From an uncultured Pyrinomonadaceae bacterium (GTDB lineage Bacteria > Acidobacteriota > Blastocatellia > Pyrinomonadales > Pyrinomonadaceae), in the NCBI GenBank assembly GCA_964235785.1, contig CAXSBF010000002.1, positions 201,061 through 265,060 on the forward strand: a stretch of DNA of 64,000 bases, given 5' to 3'. Below the pieces are notes generated by a model, which was not told the DNA's origin, made no database searches, and saw only the letters and a program-made list of their open reading frames with translations. Below, in pieces: positions 8,635-16,207 of this stretch (its first letter is position 1; each line of letters starts with the position of its first letter). Both the position numbers and the translations under genes were made by a program.

Positions 8635-9303
8635 ATGAATAAATTGAAAAATCTGGGCAAAGTTGTTTTTGTATTAAGTTTTATCGCTGCGGCAATGTTG
8701 TTTTTGCTTGTCATACTGCCGGGACATTTTGGGACGGTTAATAGCCAAAGCGGTTGGGGCGCGGTAAATAACCAGGCTAGCTTGAACGGCACAAACCTAA
8801 CCTATTATCGCGGAACAACAGCCGCAAGGTGTCAATCAGATTGCGGCGGCAATTCAAACTGCAAAGGTTTTACGCTTATCAGAGCCGGAGCATACAACCC
8901 GAACGATCCGCCGATGTGCTATCTGCTATCCAAAGTCACCGCAGTTGTTACTCATTCCTGCTGCATCTCAGCCGTAAAAACCGGCGGCGGCGGCGCAAGC
9001 GCGACGGCAATTGATTGGGCTAAGCAAGCCGACGACTTGCGCGGCAAGAACGGCGAGCGATTTTCTTTCGGTTGTCGCGCAAACGGAGCGGCATCGGGAA
9101 GAATTTGGGGAACGGGTATTTATACCGATGATACGTCAATTTGCACGGCTGCCGTTCACGCCGGTCTGATTACGGCTGCTTCGGGTGGAACGATAACGAT
9201 TGAAATTCGTTCCGGGCAACAATCTTATACAGGCTCTTCGCGCAACGGAATAACCAGCAACAGCTACGGTTCTTTTTACGGCAGTTTTGTCTTTGTTCGA
9301 TGA
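8635..9303 (+). CDS. Secreted PAN/Apple domain - LCCL domain fusion protein
   Basis: Signal peptide (VVFVLSFIAAAMLFLLVILPG); PAN-like Cys pattern RCQSDCGGNSNCKGFTL...PPMCYLLS...SCCIS; LCCL-like FGCRANGAASGRIWGTGIYTDDTSICTAAVHAGLITAASGGTITIEIRSGQQSYTGSSRNGITS; AGGAGA RBS upstream. Confidence 0.75.
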   Translation: MNKLKNLGKVVFVLSFIAAAMLFLLVILPGHFGTVNSQSGWGAVNNQASLNGTNLTYYRGTTAARCQSDCGGNSNCKGFTLIRAGAYNPNDPPMCYLLSKVTAVVTHSCCISAVKTGGGGASATAIDWAKQADDLRGKNGERFSFGCRANGAASGRIWGTGIYTDDTSICTAAVHAGLITAASGGTITIEIRSGQQSYTGSSRNGITSNSYGSFYGSFVFVR

Positions 9304-9349
9304 AAAATTAAATACGCCGGCTTTACCGAATTTGTAGCCCGCAAGCCAC

Positions 9350-9376
9350 GGCGGCGGCGGCGGCGGCGGCGGCGGC
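9350..9376. repeat. (GGC)9 trinucleotide microsatellite
   Basis: Nine perfect GGC units, in frame (poly-Gly) with the downstream PAN paralog ORF but upstream of its first possible start. Confidence 0.95.
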
Positions 9377-9406
9377 AAATCTCCGCTTTCGGCAGAGGAA
9401 AATAAA

Positions 9407-10051
9407 TTGGTTGACAGCGACCGTTTTCGGAGAAAAGACGACCAGTATTATGTGCGGGCGGCGGAAGGTCGGGCGAGTTCAACGACGAGTCTCGCAATAA
9501 ATTCGGGACCCTACCTCAGCCAATATCCGTTAGCTTATTTTGATTTTTCAATCGGGACTCGCGCCGGAGACATTATTCGCTATGTCTATATTTATGAAAG
9601 CGTCGGTAGAAGCGGCGGCAGTAATGGTGGCGGCAACAACGGCGGCACAAGTTGGGGACCGACGAATAACAATGCCGGTCTCAACGGCACAACGCTGACT
9701 TACTATCGCGGGACGACCGCCGAACAATGTCAGGCAGACTGCGGCAAGAATCCAAAGTGCAAAGCCTTTACGCTAATTAGAGCCGGAGCATACAGCCCGA
9801 ACGACCCGCCGATGTGCTATCTGATGTCCGAAGCTACCGGCTTTGCCCCTTCTCCGTGCTGCATCTCGGCTATAAAAAATGCCGGTTACAACAGCATTTT
9901 TAGCATTGATAGAGAAAAGCCAATTGCATCGCTACTGACCGATTTGCCTATGAGAATGTCAAAATGGCTTGGTGCTGCGCGAAACACGGACGATTCAATG
10001 ATTTTAACGAAAAAGGTTATGCGTGATGATTTTGGGGGTTCAGATTATTGA
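9407..10051 (+). CDS. PAN/Apple domain paralog lacking signal peptide and LCCL domain (possibly degenerate)
   Basis: LNGTTLTYYRGTTAEQCQADCGKNPKCKAFTLIRAGAYSPNDPPMCYLMS...PCCISAIK is colinear with the upstream gene. It has only a TTG start and no hydrophobic N-terminus in any frame upstream. Confidence 0.5.
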   Translation: MVDSDRFRRKDDQYYVRAAEGRASSTTSLAINSGPYLSQYPLAYFDFSIGTRAGDIIRYVYIYESVGRSGGSNGGGNNGGTSWGPTNNNAGLNGTTLTYYRGTTAEQCQADCGKNPKCKAFTLIRAGAYSPNDPPMCYLMSEATGFAPSPCCISAIKNAGYNSIFSIDREKPIASLLTDLPMRMSKWLGAARNTDDSMILTKKVMRDDFGGSDY

Positions 10052-10133
10052 AAAAATGGCGGTTGTATAAATTTATATTGCCGTTGATAATCTCTGGCTT
10101 TTTAATCAAAATCGCGTAAATAAAAGTTGAAAT

Positions 10134-10158
10134 GCCGCTCTCGACAAGCGGCGTTTTT
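10134..10158 (+). terminator. Weak rho-independent terminator
   Basis: GCCGCT / AGCGGC 6-bp stem followed by GTTTTT. Confidence 0.35.
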
Positions 10159-10197
10159 GATTTTTGCAAATAGCCTCATTTAGCATAAAATCAAAGT

Positions 10198-12186
10198 ATG
10201 CAATTTCGTCTCATTTCTGAAAACACGCCAAAAGGCGACCAGCCTGCGGCAATCGAGCAAATCGTTAGCGAACTAAATAATCATACGAAAGACCAGGTTT
10301 TGCTCGGTATTACGGGCAGCGGAAAAACTTTCACAATCGCCAATGTTATACAGGCGGTTCAGCGTCCGGCGCTTGTTTTGGCGCACAACAAAACGCTCGC
10401 CGCGCAGCTTTATCAGGAATTTAAAACATTTTTCCCCGAAAACGCCGTCGAGTATTTCGTTTCCTATTACGATTATTACCAGCCGGAAGCTTATGTTCCC
10501 GCTTCGGATTTGTATATCGAAAAAGAAGCGACAATCAATGACGAGATTGACCGTCTGCGGCAGGCGGCGACGCGCTCTTTGTTTGAACGGCGCGACGTGA
10601 TTGTCGTCGCTTCGGTTTCGTGCATTTACGGTCTCGGCGACCCGGACGCTTATTACGGAATGATGGAGTTTGTCGAGCCGGGACAGCAACTCAAGCGCGA
10701 AGATTTTATCAAACGGCTCGTCGAATTGCAGTATGAACGCTCGAACATCGAATTTGAGCGGGGCAAGTTTCGGGTGCGCGGCGATGTCGTCGAACTTTAT
10801 CCGTCGTATCAGGAAAACGCATACCGTTTCGAGTTTTGGGGCGACGAAGTTGACGCGATTTATACGATTGACCCGCTGCTCGGCGAAGTTCTCCAAAAGC
10901 ACGAATCGCGCCTGCCGATTTATCCGAAAACGCATTACATTATGTCGAAACCGACAATGAAACGCGCGCTTAAAACCATTAAAGAAGAACTCGTCTGGTG
11001 GGAAGAAGAACTTATCAAGCAGGGAAAACTCGTCGAATCGCAGCGCCTGCACCAGCGCACGATGTATGACCTCGAAATGATAAAAGAGATGGGTTTTTGT
11101 CGCGGCATCGAAAATTATTCACGCCATTTGACGGGTAAACCGGCAGGCGCGCCGCCGCCGACGCTGCTCGATTATTTGCATAAAGACACGATTCTCGTCG
11201 TTGACGAATCGCACCAGACGGTTTCGCAGGTCGGCGCGATGTTTAAGGGCGACCGCTCGCGCAAATCCAATCTGGTCGAATACGGTTTTCGCCTGCCGTC
11301 GGCGATGGACAATCGTCCGCTCAATTTTGATGAATTTGAAGAACGGCGCGGGCAGACGATTTATGTTTCCGCCACGCCCGGCAATTTTGAACTGGAAAAA
11401 ACCGGCGGCGAAGTCGTCGAACAAATTATTCGTCCGACCGGACTGCTCGACCCGATTGTCGAAGTTCGTCCGGTCAAAGGACAAATTGACGACCTTTTGG
11501 AAGAATGCCGCGTCCGCGCCGAGCGCAACGAGCGCGTTTTAGTTACGACTCTGACAAAAAAAATGTCGGAAAATTTAACCGAATACTTCGCGGAAGTAGG
11601 CGTCAAAGTAAATTATCTGCATTCGGAAATTCTAACGCTCGAACGAATAAAAATTCTGCGCGATTTGCGGCGCGGCGTGTTTGACGTTCTGGTCGGCATC
11701 AATTTATTGCGCGAAGGTTTGGATTTGCCGGAAGTTTCGCTCGTCGCTATTCTCGATGCCGACAAAGAAGGTTTTCTGCGTTCCGAGCGGTCGTTGATTC
11801 AAACGATGGGACGCGCGGCGCGTAACGCCGGCGGCAAAGCGATTCTTTACGCTGACCGAATCACCGACTCGATGCGAAAGGCGATTGACGAAACACAGCG
11901 TCGCCGTAAAGTTCAGGAAATCTACAACGAAGAACACAACATCACGCCGACGACAATCGTCAAATCAATCGACGCTACTCTGGTTACGGCATATGAAGCC
12001 GATTATTTCAAAGTCCCTTTGAATTTGGATGCTTTTGAGGAATATTCGCCGAAACAGTTGAAGGAAACAATCATCGGAATCGAACACGAAATGCGCCAAG
12101 CCGCCAGAGATATGAAATTCGAGCAAGCCGCCGAATTGCGTGATAAATTGAAATATCTGCGCGAAAGACAGCTCGAATTGGGATAA
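10198..12186 (+). CDS. uvrB: Excinuclease ABC subunit B
   Basis: GDQPAAI, Walker [13 protein letters not shown], beta-hairpin region, and C-terminal UVR domain ([11 protein letters not shown]). Confidence 0.97.
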   Translation: MQFRLISENTPKGDQPAAIEQIVSELNNHTKDQVLLGITGSGKTFTIANVIQAVQRPALVLAHNKTLAAQLYQEFKTFFPENAVEYFVSYYDYYQPEAYVPASDLYIEKEATINDEIDRLRQAATRSLFERRDVIVVASVSCIYGLGDPDAYYGMMEFVEPGQQLKREDFIKRLVELQYERSNIEFERGKFRVRGDVVELYPSYQENAYRFEFWGDEVDAIYTIDPLLGEVLQKHESRLPIYPKTHYIMSKPTMKRALKTIKEELVWWEEELIKQGKLVESQRLHQRTMYDLEMIKEMGFCRGIENYSRHLTGKPAGAPPPTLLDYLHKDTILVVDESHQTVSQVGAMFKGDRSRKSNLVEYGFRLPSAMDNRPLNFDEFEERRGQTIYVSATPGNFELEKTGGEVVEQIIRPTGLLDPIVEVRPVKGQIDDLLEECRVRAERNERVLVTTLTKKMSENLTEYFAEVGVKVNYLHSEILTLERIKILRDLRRGVFDVLVGINLLREGLDLPEVSLVAILDADKEGFLRSERSLIQTMGRAARNAGGKAILYADRITDSMRKAIDETQRRRKVQEIYNEEHNITPTTIVKSIDATLVTAYEADYFKVPLNLDAFEEYSPKQLKETIIGIEHEMRQAARDMKFEQAAELRDKLKYLRERQLELG

Positions 12187-12191
12187 AAATT

Positions 12192-13694
12192 ATGCAGGTA
12201 AAAACTCAAACCGAAGATTTGCAGAATTATTTGACCGACGCGAGCAATCTGCAAGGCGGACGCGCGGACAAACTTTTTGTGCCGGAGACACGCGAAGAAA
12301 TTGCGGAAATCTTACGCGAAGCCAATGAAAAAAACATTTCCATAACCGTTTCCGGCGCGAGAACGGGAACGGTCGGCGGCGCAATTCCGTTCGGCGGTTG
12401 GGTTATTTCACTCGAAAAATTTAATCGAATCAAAGAAATAAACACAGGCGAAAAATTTGCAGTCGTCGAAAGCGGCGTTATTTTAAATGATTTGCAAAAA
12501 GCGGTCGAAGCTGAAAATTTGTTTTATCCGCCCGACCCGACCGAGTGGAGTTGTCAAATTGGCGGAACCGTTGCGACAAACGCTTCGGGCGCGAGAAGTT
12601 TTAAATACGGCGCGACTCGAAATTATATTCAGAGACTTGAAATCGTTTTAGCAAACGGCGATTTTCTCAGCGTAAAGCGCGGTGAAGTTTTTGCCGACAA
12701 CGGTTTTATCGAATTAACAACCGAAAACGGCAACCGAATAAAAGCAAAACTTCCGACCTATGAGCAGCCGAATGTGCGGAAAAATGCGAGCGGATATTTC
12801 TCGACAGAAAATATGGACGCGATTGATTTATTTGTCGGAAGCGAAGGAACACTCGGAATAATTACGGAAATAGAATTGAAACTTCTTGATAAATCGGAAG
12901 AGTTTTTGAGTGGAATTGTTTTCTTTGAAGACGAGCGAGATTTGCTTAACTTCGTTCACGAAGTTAAGCAAATCTCGTTTGAAACAAGGAAAACCCGAAA
13001 TCTAAAATCCGAAATCCAGAATCAAATCGATGCGACAATCCTAGAATATTTCGACTGTAATTCCCTGAAATTCATTTCAGAAAAGTTTCCTGAAACTCCA
13101 GAAAATATGGCAGGCGCGATATTTTTTGAGCAGGAAACAAGCGGCGAAAACGAAGACGCGCTTTTCGAGCAATGGAACGCGCTTTTAGAAAAGCACAATG
13201 CTGAAACGGAAAAATCCTGGTTCACGACCAATGAACAGGACCGCGAAAAAATGCGCGAGTTTCGCCACGCTTTGCCAGTATCGGTTAATGAAAGAATTGT
13301 TAAATACAAACAGCGCAAAGTCGGAACCGATATGGCTGTTCCCGACGAAAAGTTTGTTTCGTTTCTGAATTTTTATAATCAAAAATTAAAAGAAAGCAAA
13401 CTCGATTATGTTATCTTCGGACACATCGGCGACAATCATCTGCACGCGAACATTTTGCCGAAAACCGAAGACGAAGCGCAAAAAGCGAAACATCTCTACG
13501 GTAGGTTCGTCGCGCAGGCAATAATGCTCGGCGGGACGGTTTCAGCCGAACACGGCATCGGCAAATTGAAAAGCAAATACCTGAAAGTGATGTATGGCGA
13601 AAGGTTTTTGAATGAAATGGCGGAACTCAAACGAGCCTTTGACCCGAACGGAATTTTGGGACGCGGTAATATGTTTGACGAAAAGTTTTTGTAG
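12192..13694 (+). CDS. FAD-binding oxidase (GlcD/D-lactate dehydrogenase family)
   Basis: FAD_binding_4 motifs (ITVSGARTGTVGGA, GGTVATNASG), GSEGTLGIITE, and C-terminal SAEHGIGKLK. Confidence 0.85.
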   Translation: MQVKTQTEDLQNYLTDASNLQGGRADKLFVPETREEIAEILREANEKNISITVSGARTGTVGGAIPFGGWVISLEKFNRIKEINTGEKFAVVESGVILNDLQKAVEAENLFYPPDPTEWSCQIGGTVATNASGARSFKYGATRNYIQRLEIVLANGDFLSVKRGEVFADNGFIELTTENGNRIKAKLPTYEQPNVRKNASGYFSTENMDAIDLFVGSEGTLGIITEIELKLLDKSEEFLSGIVFFEDERDLLNFVHEVKQISFETRKTRNLKSEIQNQIDATILEYFDCNSLKFISEKFPETPENMAGAIFFEQETSGENEDALFEQWNALLEKHNAETEKSWFTTNEQDREKMREFRHALPVSVNERIVKYKQRKVGTDMAVPDEKFVSFLNFYNQKLKESKLDYVIFGHIGDNHLHANILPKTEDEAQKAKHLYGRFVAQAIMLGGTVSAEHGIGKLKSKYLKVMYGERFLNEMAELKRAFDPNGILGRGNMFDEKFL

Positions 13695-13768
13695 TTGATA
13701 ACTGATAACTGATAGTTGATAGTGCAAAACTTTATCAACTATCAGTTATCAGTTATCAGTTATCAGTT
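13695..13768. repeat. Hairpin built from tandem heptamers (ACTGATA / ATCAGTT)
   Basis: AACTGATAACTGATAGTTGAT (13700-13720) is the exact reverse complement of ATCAACTATCAGTTATCAGTT (13734-13754). The right arm carries two extra ATCAGTT units. Confidence 0.9.
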
Positions 13769-13777
13769 AAAAAGATT

Positions 13778-14533
13778 ATGAGAAAACCTGTCATCGCGGG
13801 AAATTGGAAAATGTATAAACTGCTCGGCGAAGCGGTGGAAACTGCATTGGCATTAAAACCTTTGGTTGCTAATGCAAATCATTGCGAGGTTATCATCGCG
13901 CCTGTTTTTACGGCTTTGAAAACCGTGTGCGACCGGCTCGAAGGCTCGAACGTTAAAGTCGCGGCTCAGGATTGTTCGACCGAACAAAAGCACGGCGCGC
14001 GCACCGGAGAAGTCGCAGCCGATATGATAAAAGATGTCGGCGCGTCGCACATCATCATTGGTCATTCGGAACGTCGCCAATTTTACGGTGAAACGGATGC
14101 AAGCGTGAATAAAAAGACGAAAGCGTGTCTGGCTGTCGGTTTGACGGCGATTGTCTGCGTCGGTGAAATGTTGAACGAAAGGGAAGCCGGAAACGCGGAA
14201 ACGGTGGTTAAAACGCAGATTGTCGGCGCGTTGGACGGTTTGACAGTTTCGGATATGGAACGTATTATTATCGCTTACGAGCCTGTCTGGGCAATCGGAA
14301 CGGGTAAAACCGCGACGCCCGAACAGGCTCAAGAAATGCACCGATTTATCCGTCGCGCATTAGCCGAAACACAGGGAAACGAAGTTGCAGAGGCGACCAG
14401 AATTCTTTACGGCGGTTCGGTCAAACCGGACAATATCAAAACCTTGATGGCGCAAACGGATGTTGACGGCGCGTTGGTCGGCGGAGCGAGTCTCGAAGCG
14501 GCGAGCTTCGCGCAGATTGTAAATTATAAGTAG
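13778..14533 (+). CDS. tpiA: Triosephosphate isomerase
   Basis: [24 protein letters not shown] and GGASL motifs. Confidence 0.97.
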   Translation: MRKPVIAGNWKMYKLLGEAVETALALKPLVANANHCEVIIAPVFTALKTVCDRLEGSNVKVAAQDCSTEQKHGARTGEVAADMIKDVGASHIIIGHSERRQFYGETDASVNKKTKACLAVGLTAIVCVGEMLNEREAGNAETVVKTQIVGALDGLTVSDMERIIIAYEPVWAIGTGKTATPEQAQEMHRFIRRALAETQGNEVAEATRILYGGSVKPDNIKTLMAQTDVDGALVGGASLEAASFAQIVNYK

Positions 14534-14552
14534 TTTTAACGGAGAAAAGAAC

Positions 14553-15011
14553 TTGGTTTATTTTTTATACACATTATTTTTTATATCTTGTATCGTTTTG
14601 ATAGCGAGCGTTTTATTGCAGCCGGGCAAAACCGACGCGGGCGCGCTTTTTACCAGCAATATCTCCAGCACGGCTTTCCAGCCGCGCGGAGCGCAAACGA
14701 TTTTATCAAAAATGACGATTATCGCGGCGACGACGTTTATGCTTTCGGCTTTACTATTGGCGATGCCCGCGCTGACGGGAAATATTTCGGTTTTGCAGAC
14801 GACTTCCGATGCTTCTACTGAAACCACACCCGCGATGGATGCAAACTCGAACACGAGTGTCGATGCGAATACGAACGCTACTGTTGACGCGAATGCAAAT
14901 GTGAACGCCGACGCAAATTCAAATTCGGCGGTTAATGCCAATGTTGCGGCGAATCAAGCTATTGTGCTTCCGGCAAACAGCAACGTAAATGCCGGCGCGG
15001 CAAACAAATAA
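14553..15011 (+). CDS. secG: Preprotein translocase subunit SecG with Asn/Ala-rich C-terminal extension
   Basis: Conserved tpiA-secG synteny; LLQPGKTDAGALF motif and two TM helices; TTG start with a GGAG RBS; about 75 aa of tail made of DAN(S/T)N-type repeats. Confidence 0.85.
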   Translation: MVYFLYTLFFISCIVLIASVLLQPGKTDAGALFTSNISSTAFQPRGAQTILSKMTIIAATTFMLSALLLAMPALTGNISVLQTTSDASTETTPAMDANSNTSVDANTNATVDANANVNADANSNSAVNANVAANQAIVLPANSNVNAGAANK

Positions 15012-15083
15012 ATTGTTTTTTGAAAGTTAATCCCGATTGAGAACATGCGGAATTTGTTCGCATTTTTCAATCTGTAATCTCTT

Positions 15084-15168
15084 GCCGAGGTGGCGTAATT
15101 GGTAGCCGCGCACGTTTGAGGGGCGTGTGGAGTAATCCGTACGAGTTCGAGTCTCGTCCTCGGCACCA
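15084..15168 (+). tRNA. tRNA-Leu (anticodon GAG)
   Basis: 85-nt cloverleaf: acceptor GCCGAGG/CCTCGGC, anticodon stem CACGT/GCGTG with loop TTGAGGG, long variable arm, T-arm ACGAG-TTCGAGT-CTCGT, encoded CCA. Confidence 0.9.
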
Positions 15169-15179
15169 CTATAAACATA

Positions 15180-15216
15180 GGGCTTTCAGCGTAAAAGTTG
15201 AAAGCCTTTTCTTTTT
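15180..15216 (+). terminator. Rho-independent terminator after tRNA-Leu
   Basis: GGCTTTCA / TGAAAGCC stem followed by TTTTCTTTTT. Confidence 0.8.
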
Positions 15217-15326
15217 GCTGTAAAAATTGTGCGAAAATGGCGTGATTCAGAGAAATATTAATCGAAGTCGGAGAAATACCAAATAAATTTAATCGCAGAT
15301 AGACGTTAGTTAGTTGAATGAAATGT

Positions 15327-15935
15327 TTATTGATTTTTTATGGACGCTTGCCATTTAGAGCCGTCTGCGTATTCAACACTTTGAATAACCACCTGTTCAA
15401 AGTATCGCTCGCGCGATTTCTTTCCGGCATTCTTTGCGCTGATGGTGCCTGTCGGCGGGGATACCGATCGAAATACCAGGTTAGTGGTTTTGCCGGAAGC
15501 AATGTTATTTTTGCTCGTCAATCGCTTCCGACTTAACAATTGTTTCGTGTTCGCGTCAAAAAAAAGATACTCCAATATTAGTGCGCTGACAGCCTTATTA
15601 CCTGTATTTTTAATCTTTATCTCATAAATGTAGGTTGCCGAGACGTGCGCGTCTTTCCTTTCAGCGGGTGGGTGTTCAGGTCGTTTTATGGGTCTTAGAC
15701 CTAGCTTTGCGCTAGGATTATTAACTCCCGCGGTATCTTTCAAATCCTGCTCATCCTGAACACGTTCCTCCATAGCTAGAAACGGACTTTCATCCATCAA
15801 TGGGTTACGGACTTGGAAGCGCCATTTCTTTTTAATTACTTTTATATGAGGCGCGCCGGACGAGTTGATTGAAGTTTGGGCATAAGCGCCAACTACAGAG
15901 AAAGATAGCAAAAGCGTCAAGAATATAATTTTCAT
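15327..15935 (-). CDS. Secreted hypothetical protein
   Basis: Cleavable signal peptide MKIIFLTLLLSFSVVGAYAQ; no motif I recognise. Confidence 0.55.
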   Translation of the reverse strand: MKIIFLTLLLSFSVVGAYAQTSINSSGAPHIKVIKKKWRFQVRNPLMDESPFLAMEERVQDEQDLKDTAGVNNPSAKLGLRPIKRPEHPPAERKDAHVSATYIYEIKIKNTGNKAVSALILEYLFFDANTKQLLSRKRLTSKNNIASGKTTNLVFRSVSPPTGTISAKNAGKKSRERYFEQVVIQSVEYADGSKWQASIKNQ

Positions 15936-16207
15936 TCTATCTTTATATCAAATCTAATATATGAACGGTAAAGTATTTTTAGATATGATTTTGATTCTTC
16001 ACTTAAACTAACTATCTTGTCAAAACTTTTAAAATTTAAAAAGGTAGATTTCTTTTGTAATCAAAGGAAACCTACCTTTTTTCTTTACTCAAAAAAAGCA
16101 ATAATATATTCTGAAAATTGCCTGTATTTTTTCCAATTAAACGTCAATTTTTGTCAAAGAGATAAGTAGGAAGCGCGACTTTAACTATATTTTCAAAAGA
16201 GCAAATT

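Noticed and set aside
10273-11052. 259-aa ORF antisense to uvrB
   Set aside because: It lies entirely inside a gene with unmistakable UvrB motifs on the other strand. Its translation is Arg/Phe/Asn-rich and low in complexity, with no recognisable motif. This is a typical shadow ORF.
14954-15178. 74-aa minus-strand ORF
   Set aside because: It overlaps the tRNA-Leu gene and its terminator, so it is a spurious ORF.
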